DNA of 64,000 nt from Alphaproteobacteria bacterium (GCA_016125425.1 WGLT01000008.1:11445-75444), one strand, 5' to 3'. Counted from the first letter of the stretch, positions 27,596 to 38,206 are shown. Translations and numbers: made by a program. Notes: a model not told the origin generated them from the letters alone.

Positions 27596-28192
27596 ATGGA
27601 GAATGTGCGGAACCGGCGAATATGCGCCCGCACGGCTGCGACCGGGGCGGTCCTCGCGCTGCTCGCCGGCTGCGCGACGGCGCCGCATGAGGCGCCGCGC
27701 GGCGGCGCGGCGCCCGCGCGCGCCTCGCTCTATCTTTGCGCCATGCATGTCTCAAACGCGCCCGCAGCCGACGCGCATGGACGCATTCTTTCCTTCACGC
27801 CCTATTACGATGCGCGCGGGGTCGAACTCGCCCGCGCGCCGGTGAAAGCGTGCCTTTCCTCCGGTTTCGGTCCGCGCAAAGGCGGCGCGGGACGGTTCCA
27901 CAAAGGCGTCGATCTTTACACGCGCGCGCCGGCGCCGGTTTACGCCGCCGCGAGCGGCGTCGTCGTCGAAGCCGGGCGCGAACGCGGCTATGGCAATGTG
28001 ATCACCATCCGTCACGGAGCGGGCGTCGAGACGCGCTATGCGCATCTTTCCGTAATCGACGTTCGCCGCGGCGCCCATGTCCGGGCGGGCGAGCAAATCG
28101 CGATGACCGGCAGGACCGGCAATGCGACCGCTGTCCACCTCCATTACGAGATCATTATCGGCGGCCGGCGGGTCGATCCGCTGGCGCGCTAG
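27596..28192 (+). CDS. M23-family metallopeptidase lipoprotein
   Basis: 198-aa ORF. Lipobox LLAGC. HKGVDL ... GNVITIRH ... TGNATAVHLHYE (HxxxD / HxH LytM motifs). Confidence 0.9.
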   Translation: MENVRNRRICARTAATGAVLALLAGCATAPHEAPRGGAAPARASLYLCAMHVSNAPAADAHGRILSFTPYYDARGVELARAPVKACLSSGFGPRKGGAGRFHKGVDLYTRAPAPVYAAASGVVVEAGRERGYGNVITIRHGAGVETRYAHLSVIDVRRGAHVRAGEQIAMTGRTGNATAVHLHYEIIIGGRRVDPLAR

Positions 28193-28224
28193 ACTTTCGC
28201 CCCGCACATCCCCAAGAGTGGAGC

Positions 28225-30486
28225 GTGGCGAAAAAACAAAACCGCGAGGCTCTGCCCTCAAAACAGGAAATCCTCGACTATCTGAAGAGGGCGCCGGGCG
28301 AGACGGCCCGGCGCGACATCGCGCGCGCCTTCGGCGTGAAAAACGAAGGCCGCGCCGAACTCCGACGCCTCATTCGCGAGCTCGAAGACGAGGGCAAGAT
28401 CGAACGCAGCGGCAGACGCGTCGTGCAGACTGAAACGCTCGGACCCGTCGGCGCGATCGACGTGATGTCGGTCGACGAGGACGGCGACCTTCTGTGCCTG
28501 CCGGCGAACTGGCGCGGCGAAACCGAACCGCCGATGATCCGCCTTTCGGCGCGGCGCGCGGCGAAACTGAAACCCGTTCCCGGAGTGGGCGATCGCCTTC
28601 TTGCGCGCCTTCGCCCCGCCGGCGACGACGGCTATGAAGCCGACGTCATCAAGGCGATCGGCAAAGCCGCGCATCGCTTTCTCGCCGTCTTCAGAAAAGC
28701 GCGCGGGCAAGCCGTCGCCGAACCGGTCGAGCGGCGCGCGCGAAACAGATTTGTCATCGAACGCGGCGACGAAGCGCAGGCGAAAGACGGCGATCTCGTC
28801 TGGATCGAGGCGAAACACGCCCGCGGCTATGGCCCCCAACGCGCGCGCGTGCGCGAGATCGCCGGCCATATTGACGACCGTCACGCCTATTCGCTGATCG
28901 CTCTTGCAGGCCGCGGCGCGCCGATGCATTTCCCGCCCGAGGCGCTTCAGGAGGCGGAGGAAGCCGAAAGCCCGCTGCTCGGCGACCGCGCCGATCTGCG
29001 CGACGCGCCGCTCGTCACCATCGACCCTGAGGACGCGCGCGATCACGACGACGCCGTCTTCGCCGCGCCCGACGACGACCCCAAAAACGAAGGGGGCTAC
29101 CGCGTTGTCGTCGCGATCGCGGATGTGAGCTATTTCGTTCCCGAGGGCGGCGCGCTCGACCGCGAAGCCCTGCGGCGGGGCAATTCGATTTATCTTCCCG
29201 ACCGCGTCGTGCCGATGCTGCCCGAAAGGCTGTCCGCCGATCTTTGTTCGCTGATCGAGGGCGAGGACCGCGCCTGCCTCGCCGTCGAGATGAAGATTTC
29301 GAAGTCCGGTCGAAAGCTCTCCCACCGCTTCATGCGCGGACTGATGCGCTCGGCGGCGAAGCTTTCCTATGGCGACGCGCAGAAAATTATTGAGGGCGGC
29401 GGCGCATCGAAAGAAATCGCCGACGTCGTTCGAACGCTCCACGCCGCTTTCCGCGCCCGCTGGGAGGAAAGACGACATCGCGCGCCGCTCGATCTCGATC
29501 TCCCCGAACGGCGTATCATTCTCGATGCGGACGGTCGCGTGGCGCGCGTCGAAAGGCGCGAGCGATACGACGCGCACCGGCTGATCGAGGAATTCATGAT
29601 TCTCGCCAATATCGCAGCCGCTGAAACGCTCGAGCAGCGCCGAACGCCGCGCATTTATCGCGTGCACGACGCGCCGGACCCCGAACGCCTCGAAGCGACG
29701 CGCGAATATCTCGAAGAGCTCGGATATTCTCTGGCGAAGGGCGGCTCGGTGAGGCCCGCGAATTTCAACCAGATCCTGAAATTGGCCGAAGCGCGCAATG
29801 AAAAGGAGATGATCTCCGAAGTCATCCTGCGCGCGCAGAAGCAGGCCGTCTATTCGACCGAAAATCTCGGTCATTTCGGTCTCAACATTCCGCGCTATGC
29901 GCATTTCACCTCGCCGATACGGCGCTATGCGGACCTCACCGTGCATCGCGCGCTGGTCGCGGCGCTGAATTTCGGGCCCGGCGCGCAAAGCCCTCGCGAG
30001 GCGGCGCAACTCGAGCGGATCGCCGAGCAGATTTCAGACTATGAGCGACGCGCCATGGCCGCCGAACGCGAAGCGTCCGACCGCTATCTCGCCGAATATC
30101 TGGCGGGGCGCGTCGGCGCCGAATTCGAGGGGCGCATCAGAGGCGTCACGCGATTCGGACTTTTCGTGACGCTCGACGAAACCGGCGCGGACGGTTTCAT
30201 CCCGATGCGCCTGCTCGGCCGCGAGCGTTTCCGCTTCGTCGAGGAGCGCCATTCGGTGATCGGCGAAAGCTCCGGCGGCGCATACCGTCTCGGACAGCCC
30301 GTGCGGGTCGCGCTCGCCGAGGCGACGCCGCTCACCGGCGGCCTCAGATTTGAAATGATCTCCGATCCGATTCCGGACGCCGCGCCGCGTGGCAAACGGA
30401 CCGCGACGAAAACCGCCGGCAAGAAATCGAAACGTCGCGGCGGCGCGCGGCGGCGGACGCCGAAGAAGAAGCAGAAGCGCGGCTAA
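28225..30486 (+). CDS. rnr: ribonuclease R
   Basis: ORF 27736..30486 trimmed to in-frame GTG 28225 (VAKKQNREALPSKQEILDYL) after a GAGTGGAG SD. RNB domain (DPEDARDHDDAV, HFTSPIRRYADLTVHR), S1 domain and basic tail. Confidence 0.93.
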   Translation: MAKKQNREALPSKQEILDYLKRAPGETARRDIARAFGVKNEGRAELRRLIRELEDEGKIERSGRRVVQTETLGPVGAIDVMSVDEDGDLLCLPANWRGETEPPMIRLSARRAAKLKPVPGVGDRLLARLRPAGDDGYEADVIKAIGKAAHRFLAVFRKARGQAVAEPVERRARNRFVIERGDEAQAKDGDLVWIEAKHARGYGPQRARVREIAGHIDDRHAYSLIALAGRGAPMHFPPEALQEAEEAESPLLGDRADLRDAPLVTIDPEDARDHDDAVFAAPDDDPKNEGGYRVVVAIADVSYFVPEGGALDREALRRGNSIYLPDRVVPMLPERLSADLCSLIEGEDRACLAVEMKISKSGRKLSHRFMRGLMRSAAKLSYGDAQKIIEGGGASKEIADVVRTLHAAFRARWEERRHRAPLDLDLPERRIILDADGRVARVERRERYDAHRLIEEFMILANIAAAETLEQRRTPRIYRVHDAPDPERLEATREYLEELGYSLAKGGSVRPANFNQILKLAEARNEKEMISEVILRAQKQAVYSTENLGHFGLNIPRYAHFTSPIRRYADLTVHRALVAALNFGPGAQSPREAAQLERIAEQISDYERRAMAAEREASDRYLAEYLAGRVGAEFEGRIRGVTRFGLFVTLDETGADGFIPMRLLGRERFRFVEERHSVIGESSGGAYRLGQPVRVALAEATPLTGGLRFEMISDPIPDAAPRGKRTATKTAGKKSKRRGGARRRTPKKKQKRG

Positions 30487-31592
30487 CGCAGCGCGTCGAT
30501 TTCCTCGTCCGTTAATCCGGCTTCTTTCAAGACTTCCCTCGTATGCGCGCCTCTTGGCGGGATGCTGCGCGGCGCAGGCGGAATCTCGCCGTCGAATCGC
30601 GGCGCGGCGACCGCCTGCAACACGCCGCCTTGCTCGCGGTAGACGCGCCGCGCGGCCATATGCGGATGGTGAGCCGCCTCCGAAGGCGACAACACCGGCG
30701 CAAAGCAGACATCGGTTCCCTCAAGCTGCTTCACCCAATAGTCGCGCGGCTTTTCCGCAAAGATCTGCGCGAGCTGCGCGCGCGCGCGCGGCCAGGCCGA
30801 TTTGTCGTATTGCACCGCGAAGTGCGGAATGCCCATGAGCCCGACGCGCTCCATCATCAGGGTGTAGAATTTCGGCTCGAGCGGGCCGACCGAAATCCAG
30901 GCGCCGTCGGCGCATTGATAGACGCCGTAAAAGGGCGCGCCGTCGAGCATGCTCTCGCCGCGCCGTTCCGGAAGTCCGCCCGCCGCGCGCAACGACAAAA
31001 GCAGGTTCGTCATATGCGCCGCGCCGTCGACGATGGCCGCGTCGACCACCGTTCCCTCCCCGGTCTGGCGCGCGCGCAGCACGCCCGAAAGAATGCCGAC
31101 CGCAAGATAAAGCGCGCCGCCCCCGATATCGCCGACGAGAGTCGGCGGCGGCGTCGGCGCGGTTCCCGCTTCACCGGCGTACCAGGCCGCGCCGGAAAGG
31201 CTCACATAATTGATATCGTGTCCGGCGGCCGGGGCGAGCGGGCCGGTCTGGCCCCAGCCGGTCAGCCGTCCGTACACGATCTTCGGGTTGACGGCGCGCA
31301 CCTCATCCGGGCCGAGGCCGAGACGCTCCATCACGCCGGGGCGCAGCCCTTCGATCAACGCTTCGGCCTTCTCCAAAATCCGCAAGGCGGCCTTGCAGCC
31401 GACATCCGTCTTCAGGTCCAGCGTGATCGAGCGCTTGCCGCGGCGATAGATCGCCGCCGGCCCCGCCCGGTCCGCATCCGGCCGTTCGATCAGGATGACG
31501 TCCGCGCCGAGATCGGCGAGCAGCATCCCGCAAAACGGGGCGGGGCCGAGGCCCTCGAATTCGACAACGCGCAAACCCTGCAAGACGTCCAA
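30483..31592 (-). CDS. CoA-transferase family III (CaiB/BaiF, alpha-methylacyl-CoA racemase-like)
   Basis: ORF 30483..31727 trimmed to TTG 31590-31592 (LDVLQGLRVVEFEGLGPAPFCGMLLADLGADVILIERP), 6 nt after a GGGAG SD. No in-frame ATG lies nearer the conserved N-terminus. Confidence 0.85.
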   Translation of the reverse strand: MDVLQGLRVVEFEGLGPAPFCGMLLADLGADVILIERPDADRAGPAAIYRRGKRSITLDLKTDVGCKAALRILEKAEALIEGLRPGVMERLGLGPDEVRAVNPKIVYGRLTGWGQTGPLAPAAGHDINYVSLSGAAWYAGEAGTAPTPPPTLVGDIGGGALYLAVGILSGVLRARQTGEGTVVDAAIVDGAAHMTNLLLSLRAAGGLPERRGESMLDGAPFYGVYQCADGAWISVGPLEPKFYTLMMERVGLMGIPHFAVQYDKSAWPRARAQLAQIFAEKPRDYWVKQLEGTDVCFAPVLSPSEAAHHPHMAARRVYREQGGVLQAVAAPRFDGEIPPAPRSIPPRGAHTREVLKEAGLTDEEIDALR

Positions 31593-31726
31593 AGGCGGCT
31601 CCCTTTTTGAGCGCGGACTTTGCCCACGTCGCAAAGTCTGCGCAACCCGCAATGATTGCGCCCGCGGCCCGTTGCTTGCAAAGCGCCGGGAGAGGACGAT
31701 CCGCAACGACCAAAGGGAGGAATTCA

Positions 31727-31930
31727 ATGGCCGGCTTGTTTGCGGCGTTGCGCCGGGCGGGCGGCGCTCTGTTTCAGGGCCCCCGCTCCTATTACGCGCC
31801 GCCGCCGCAAGACCAGACGAAGCGCACGCCGATCGAGGATCTCCTGCTGACCGAGGAATTCCTGGTCGAGCGGCCTATTCGGCCGCATGCAGACGCGCCC
31901 GCACCTGCGGATCGAGCCGCCCGCCGTTGA
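31727..31930 (+). CDS. small hypothetical protein (67 aa)
   Basis: ATG 31727 preceded by AAAGGGAGGAATTCA (strong SD). High third-position GC. MAGLFAALRRAGGALFQGPRSYYAPPPQDQTKRTPIEDLLLTEEFLVERP... No family recognised. The 3' end overlaps the convergent PAS gene by 56 nt. Confidence 0.4.
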   Translation: MAGLFAALRRAGGALFQGPRSYYAPPPQDQTKRTPIEDLLLTEEFLVERPIRPHADAPAPADRAARR

Positions 31931-32954
31931 AGACGAAGCCCTCGACGCCCGGCACGTAAAGCATATTGGTGAGTCGGCCCGCGAAAGGCACATATTCGCC
32001 TTCGGGCGATTTCAGGCAGACATGCGGCAGAGGAATGACTTCGCCGAGGGTCGAGAGCGAACGTTCGCCCACCGACCGGAAAAGCTCAAAGTCGTCCGGA
32101 TGGAGGATCTCCTTTGTCGTCTTGCCGAGCAGATGCTGCGAAGGCGCGCCGAGCGCGGTCGCAACGGACGGGCTCGCATAGGTGATTTTCCCTTCCGGCG
32201 AAAAGATCAGCGTGACGTCCTGCGAAGACTCAACGAGGGCGCGGTAACGCTTTTCCGTTTCGCGCGCGGCCTCGACCTCTTTTCTCAGGACGCCGAGCAA
32301 GCGCTCATTACGCGAGCGCAGACGGATCGACCGCGAAATCATTTGTTCGCTCGTCCATGCAAGATAGGCGATCGCGACCGCATAGAGGCCGACGATTGCG
32401 GCGACCGCGGGACCGATCGCGCCGCCTGAGAAAGCGTAGACGAAGGCGAAAGGCGCGAGCGCCGGCACATTGAAGGCGAGAACCGACCGCCAGGACGCGC
32501 CCGACGAAGCGAGCGCCGCGGCCGTCATGCCGGCGATCATGAAGGGCAGAAAAGCATCGCCAAGCAATCCGTGTACGGCGAAAATCGGCGCGAGCGCGCC
32601 CCAGAGGGCGCCGTTCAGCCCCATCCAGGCGACATGCAGGCGCGCATAGGTCGAAAGGCCGCGCGCCGCCGCCGCCCGCTGCGAGTAACGCAGCCAAATG
32701 ACGGCCATGGCGCCGGCGAGGACGAGACCCAGCCCCGCCCAGGCGTAAAGGACCGTCGCCTCCACCGCGCCATGCGCGATGGCGAGGGTAATCGCGACAT
32801 TGATCACGGTGACGCCCATGACGGTCGGCCCGCCCCGCATGAGCAGCGCCATCCGGTCGGCGCGGATCTTCACGCGGTCGGCGGACGAAAGGCGATGGTC
32901 GACGGGTCTGCGGCTCGGCGCGTTGGAAATTGCGGTCTGCAATCCGAAGATCAT
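31875..32954 (-). CDS. membrane-anchored PAS-domain sensor protein without output domain
   Basis: 359-aa ORF. About six hydrophobic helices, then a coiled linker and a PAS fold (EKRYRALVESSQDVTLIFSPEGKITYASPSVATALG...GFVFNGGRL). The ORF stops about 12 aa after the PAS core. Confidence 0.75.
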   Translation of the reverse strand: MIFGLQTAISNAPSRRPVDHRLSSADRVKIRADRMALLMRGGPTVMGVTVINVAITLAIAHGAVEATVLYAWAGLGLVLAGAMAVIWLRYSQRAAAARGLSTYARLHVAWMGLNGALWGALAPIFAVHGLLGDAFLPFMIAGMTAAALASSGASWRSVLAFNVPALAPFAFVYAFSGGAIGPAVAAIVGLYAVAIAYLAWTSEQMISRSIRLRSRNERLLGVLRKEVEAARETEKRYRALVESSQDVTLIFSPEGKITYASPSVATALGAPSQHLLGKTTKEILHPDDFELFRSVGERSLSTLGEVIPLPHVCLKSPEGEYVPFAGRLTNMLYVPGVEGFVFNGGRLDPQVRARLHAAE

Positions 32955-33087
32955 GCGCGGTCCTCGTTTCTATCCCCGCTGACGGAAATCAAACCATAAG
33001 CCACGGGGTCGGGGAATAGCGCAAAATGGTCGCCGCACGGCCGGGAATGGCCCGGGGAATCGACAAAAATACTATATATTTCAATGA

Positions 33088-34464
<1,377 letters not shown>

Positions 34465-34482
34465 TTGATTGATATTTTCAAT
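34465..34482 (+). promoter_or_regulatory. AT-rich inverted repeat upstream of dps
   Basis: TTGATTGATATTTTCAAT contains ATTGA-N5-TCAAT (34468-34482). Further TTGAT pentamers at 34505 and 34560. Lies 107-124 nt upstream of the dps ATG. Confidence 0.3.
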
Positions 34483-34588
34483 ACCCGCCTTCAGCGCAAT
34501 CTATTTGATGAACGCCGGCCGCGCTCCTATCTGTGGACCGAGCCGCCCGGCGGATCATTTGATCGCCGAGAAAAGAAGGAGACGGATA

Positions 34589-35062
34589 ATGTCGTCGCTC
34601 AATACAGGTCTCGCCGACAACGCCCGCAACGCCGTCGCCGACGCGCTGAACGGCGTTCTCGCCGACACCTATGTGCTGTACCAGAAAACCCATTCCTATC
34701 ACTGGAACGTCACGGGTCCTCAGTTCCATTCTCTGCACCTGATGTTTGAAGAGCAGTATCGCGAAATGTGGACCGCGCTTGACGCGATCGCCGAACGCGT
34801 GCGCGCGCTCGGGGTCTATGCGCCCGCAAGCGGCAAGGCCTTCGCCCAGATGGCTTCGATCGAAAGCGCCGAGTCCGAACCGCCTGCGGCCGAGGCGATG
34901 GTGCGCAATCTTCTCGCCGGCCATGAGGCGCTGATCCGGCGCGCGCGCGAAGCGCTCGAAACCGCCGAACAGGCCAATGACGTCGCCAGCGCCGACCTGC
35001 TGACGCAGCGCATTCAGTCGCACGAGAAAACCGCGTGGATGTTGCGCGCCACGGCCGCGTAA
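34589..35062 (+). CDS. dps: DNA starvation/stationary-phase protection protein Dps
   Basis: In-frame ATG 34589 after an AAGGAG SD. LADTYVLYQKTHSYHWNVTGPQFHSLHLMFEEQY ferroxidase-site region. Confidence 0.93.
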   Translation: MSSLNTGLADNARNAVADALNGVLADTYVLYQKTHSYHWNVTGPQFHSLHLMFEEQYREMWTALDAIAERVRALGVYAPASGKAFAQMASIESAESEPPAAEAMVRNLLAGHEALIRRAREALETAEQANDVASADLLTQRIQSHEKTAWMLRATAA

Positions 35063-35087
35063 CCGCCGCGCGCGCCGAATTCGGGAA

Positions 35088-35102
35088 GGCGCGAATCGCG
35101 CC
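35088..35102. terminator. hairpin between convergent dps and the ELM1-like gene
   Basis: GGCGCG-AAT-CGCGCC is a perfect 6-bp stem in the 46-nt convergent gap. Confidence 0.4.
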
Positions 35103-35108
35103 TGTGCG

Positions 35109-36149
35109 CTATTGTGCGCGCTTTCGCGCCATGAATCGGCGCGCGGCCTCGTCCGCCGCGCGCGCCGTTTCGTCGAGCGGTTCGTAACGCCAGCGATCGA
35201 GCGCGCCGGCGAATGGGCGCGCCGCGCCCTCGCGCCGCAGGGCTTCGTGAAAAGCCGCGAATTTGGCTGCGCCGCGCGCAAATAGCGCGCGGTCAAGCGC
35301 GATCACATGCACGGGCTTGCCGGTTGCGGCCGCTTCCGTCGCCATATTCACGCTGTCTTCGGTGACCAGAATGTGGTCGGCGAGTCCGAGCAATCCGAAA
35401 TAGGGATTGGCGAGTCCGGCGACGGGCGCGCCGTCCCAGAAAAAATGCGGAAACCCGGCGAGCGCGTCCGCAATCACGGCGCGCGCGCGCGGATCGGTGC
35501 GACGCGAGGCTGTCGCCATAATTCCGGCGCCGCTTTCGGCGAGACGCCTGAGATCGGCCGCGATCATCCGCGCACGGCCTTCGCCGAAGCGGAAAGCGCG
35601 ATTGGCGCCGCCGAGCAGGACGGCGATGCGCGGATGCGGGAGGCTCTCCAGCGCAGGCGCAAGGCGCGCCGCATCCTCCCGAAGACGCGCCGGCGTCGCG
35701 CGCGTGAGCGACCCCAGAGTCGGAAACACATTCTCCCCCGTCAATCGGTCGTGACGGGGAGCGATGACGAGATCGAGCCCGCCGGCGCCGCCGGGCGGGC
35801 GCAGGAGCTGCACGACGAAGCTCGCCGGACTGCGCCGCTTGACCGCGCGGGCGAAGGGCGCCGCGCGGCGACCGCAACCGATGAGGAAATCGGGATCGGG
35901 CGGGCGCAACAGCGCCGCATCGGGAGACAACGCCGCGAAAGGGTCGCCCCACAGGGCGGGCGGAAGCGCGGCGTAAGGCGCGCGCAGCCGGAATCGTTTG
36001 ACCGAGATTTTCAGCGGCAGCCTTTCGGCCAGTCTCTCGGCGAGTCCGAGCGCGGGATTTTCATTGCCCGCGCGGCCGTCCGTCACGACCCAGCAGGAAA
36101 AAGACTCGCGCGCGGGCTGTCGCTTCTCGTTCGGATCGGTTCGCGCCAT
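35109..36149 (-). CDS. ELM1/DUF1022-family (mitochondrial fission ELM1-like, glycosyltransferase-fold) protein
   Basis: 346-aa ORF. CWVVTDGRAGNENPALGLAERL, VIAPRHD, AVLLGGAN, ATASRRT, ILVTEDSVNMATEAAATGKPV match my memory of this family. Confidence 0.75.
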   Translation of the reverse strand: MARTDPNEKRQPARESFSCWVVTDGRAGNENPALGLAERLAERLPLKISVKRFRLRAPYAALPPALWGDPFAALSPDAALLRPPDPDFLIGCGRRAAPFARAVKRRSPASFVVQLLRPPGGAGGLDLVIAPRHDRLTGENVFPTLGSLTRATPARLREDAARLAPALESLPHPRIAVLLGGANRAFRFGEGRARMIAADLRRLAESGAGIMATASRRTDPRARAVIADALAGFPHFFWDGAPVAGLANPYFGLLGLADHILVTEDSVNMATEAAATGKPVHVIALDRALFARGAAKFAAFHEALRREGAARPFAGALDRWRYEPLDETARAADEAARRFMARKRAQ

Positions 36150-36192
36150 GCCGCGTTTCGCTCAGGGCCGGCGGGCTCTCCCCGCCGCGCAG

Positions 36193-36268
36193 TGGTGCCG
36201 GCTGAGGGACTTGAACCCCCGACCTTCGGTTTACAAAACCGCTGCTCTACCAACTGAGCTAAGCCGGC
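36193..36268 (-). tRNA. tRNA-Thr (anticodon UGU)
   Basis: The reverse complement folds by hand: acceptor GCCGGCT/AGCCGGC, D arm GCTC-AGTTGGTA-GAGC, anticodon stem-loop GCGGT-TTTGTAA-ACCGA (TGT at 34-36), T arm GGGGG-TTCAAGT-CCCTC, encoded CCA. 76 nt. Confidence 0.9.
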
Positions 36269-36340
36269 GCTTGATTTCCGATATAGGAATGCGGTCTTGA
36301 TGGCTAGCAAGGCCGCGCGCGCGACGGCAAGGAGATTTGA

Positions 36341-36742
36341 ATGACCAGAACGAAACTGAGCTTGGCGGCGGCCGCCCTGCTCGCGGCGGCGGCCTGCTCG
36401 CAGGGGAGCGAAACGCAGGCGGGCGCCGACGCCCCGGGGCGCGCGCTCTTCGCGTCGATCTGCGGCGCCTGCCATATGGCGGCCCCGCCCGGTTCGGCGG
36501 CGGCGAAAATGCGCACCATCGGCCCCAATCTCTGGGGCGTCGTGGGGCGGCCCTCGGCCGCGACCGATTTCGATTATTCGCCGGCCATGCGCGCGGCCCG
36601 GCTGGTCTGGGACGAAAAGACGCTCGACGAATTCCTGACCAATCCGCAAAAGCTGGTTCCGAACACGCGCATGGCCCTCGCCGGACTCGACGACCCCGAA
36701 CAGCGCAAGGCGATCATTGATTATTTGAAGACGCAGAAATAG
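36341..36742 (+). CDS. class I c-type cytochrome (c2/c550-like), probable lipoprotein
   Basis: 133-aa ORF, AAGGAG SD. Signal/lipobox-like LLAAAACS, heme motif CGACH, distal Met in PNTRMA. Confidence 0.85.
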   Translation: MTRTKLSLAAAALLAAAACSQGSETQAGADAPGRALFASICGACHMAAPPGSAAAKMRTIGPNLWGVVGRPSAATDFDYSPAMRAARLVWDEKTLDEFLTNPQKLVPNTRMALAGLDDPEQRKAIIDYLKTQK

Positions 36743-36745
36743 GCG

Positions 36746-37183
36746 TCACGCCGACAAATGAGCGACGACGCGGCGCCTGTGCGCGCCGTCGCGATGCTCG
36801 AAAAGATAGATCCCCTGCCAGGTTCCGAGCGCCGGCGCGCCGTCCGCCACCGGAATCGAGAGCGAGACGCAGGTCAGCGCCGCCTTGATATGCGCCGGCA
36901 TGTCGTCGGGACCTTCAGCGTCATGGGCGATCCACCGCATGGCGGGATCATCCGAACGCGGAACGAGACGGCGGAAAAATTCATTGAGATCGCGCCGCAC
37001 GTCAGGGTCTGCATTCTCCTGAACGAGCAGCGAACAGGAGGTGTGCTGCACGAAAAGGGTCAACAGCCCCTCTTTCGTCCCCGCCTCGCGCAAAAACCGG
37101 CGCGCCTCGCCCGTAAATTCGTAAAGGCCGGGACCGGCCGTCTCGACGGCGAAAGTTGTCTGCATCGCGGGACCAAAGCGCAT
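36746..37183 (-). CDS. YjbQ/UPF0047-family (secondary thiamine-phosphate synthase) protein
   Basis: 145-aa ORF; an alternative ATG at 37163-37165 gives 139 aa. LLTLFVQHTSCSLLVQENADPDVRRDL and GTWQGIYLFEHR are typical of the family. Confidence 0.8.
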   Translation of the reverse strand: MRFGPAMQTTFAVETAGPGLYEFTGEARRFLREAGTKEGLLTLFVQHTSCSLLVQENADPDVRRDLNEFFRRLVPRSDDPAMRWIAHDAEGPDDMPAHIKAALTCVSLSIPVADGAPALGTWQGIYLFEHRDGAHRRRVVAHLSA

Positions 37184-37229
37184 CGGCGCGCGCTGCGCAA
37201 TACCGTCGCCGCGCCGGCGCGCCGCGCGC

Positions 37230-38060
37230 CTACCGGTCGAACCCGGGATTTTCGCGGTTCAATTTCCGGATGAGCCCGGGCCAGGCGAGCTTGTCGCCGA
37301 TGCCGGCGACGAAGGCCGGCGCACCCTGCTGGAGGACTTTCGCGCCCATGGCCGGCGGCTCCTCCATCGGCTCTTTCGTATCGGACTGGGCGAGGATCTG
37401 CGTCCTGCAGGCCTGTTCGAGAAAATACATTCTGAGAAACGCCGTCGCGCAATTGGCGCCGACCGTCAGCGTGCCGTGGTTTTTCAGTATCAGGAAGTTA
37501 TGATTGCCGATGTCCCGGACCAGTCGCTCGCGCTCGTCGAGATCGGTCGCGATGCCTTCATAGTCGTGATAGGCGACGTCGTCATGAACGATCATAGAGA
37601 ACTGCGTATAGCGGCGCAGCCCGCCCTGCTGGGCCGATACGGCGACGCCGTAAGGCGTATGGAGATGGAGCACGGCGTGCGCATCCTCGCGCGCCATATG
37701 CAATGCGCTGTGGATGGTGAACCCGGCCGGGTTCGAAAAGTAAGGCGTTTCGCCGACGACATTGCCGTCGACATCGACCTTCAAAAGGCAGGACGCCGTC
37801 ATTTCGTCGAAGAAAACGCCATACGGGTTGAGAAGGAATCGGGGCTTGCCGCCTTCGTCGGGACAACGCACGGAAATATGGGTGAAGATCATGTCGTCCC
37901 AGCCATAGAGCGCGACGAGGCGATAGGTCGCCGCGAGTTCGCATCTAAGGCGCCATTCTTCGGCGCTCACCTTGCCCTTGAGAGAAGGAAGACCCGCAGG
38001 ATCGGGAATCGTAAAGCCGGGTTCGACGCCGACCGTTTGCGCTTTCGCCGCCTCGCTCAT
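37230..38060 (-). CDS. class II aldolase/adducin-family protein
   Basis: ORF 37230..38120 trimmed to ATG 38058-38060 after an AAGGGAG SD. HSALHMAREDAHAVLHLHTPYGVAVS metal-binding His cluster. Confidence 0.8.
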   Translation of the reverse strand: MSEAAKAQTVGVEPGFTIPDPAGLPSLKGKVSAEEWRLRCELAATYRLVALYGWDDMIFTHISVRCPDEGGKPRFLLNPYGVFFDEMTASCLLKVDVDGNVVGETPYFSNPAGFTIHSALHMAREDAHAVLHLHTPYGVAVSAQQGGLRRYTQFSMIVHDDVAYHDYEGIATDLDERERLVRDIGNHNFLILKNHGTLTVGANCATAFLRMYFLEQACRTQILAQSDTKEPMEEPPAMGAKVLQQGAPAFVAGIGDKLAWPGLIRKLNRENPGFDR

Positions 38061-38206
38061 GATGCTCGCTCCCTTATGACGCGCGCCAAGTCTACGCATT
38101 TGGCCGGCGGGCGCATCCATTGGAAGCAGAAGCCGGCGGTTTCCCTTGCGCCCCGGCCCGCCCTATCATGACCGGGCGGAGCAACCCCCGCGGGAGACAG
38201 GCCGAT

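Noticed and set aside
36150-36340. tRNA-Thr as an integration site for a genomic island or prophage.
   Set aside because: No integrase, no direct repeat of the tRNA 3' end and no phage or transposase genes within the flanking 10 kb. The neighbours (ELM1-like, cytochrome c, YjbQ, NadK) look chromosomal.
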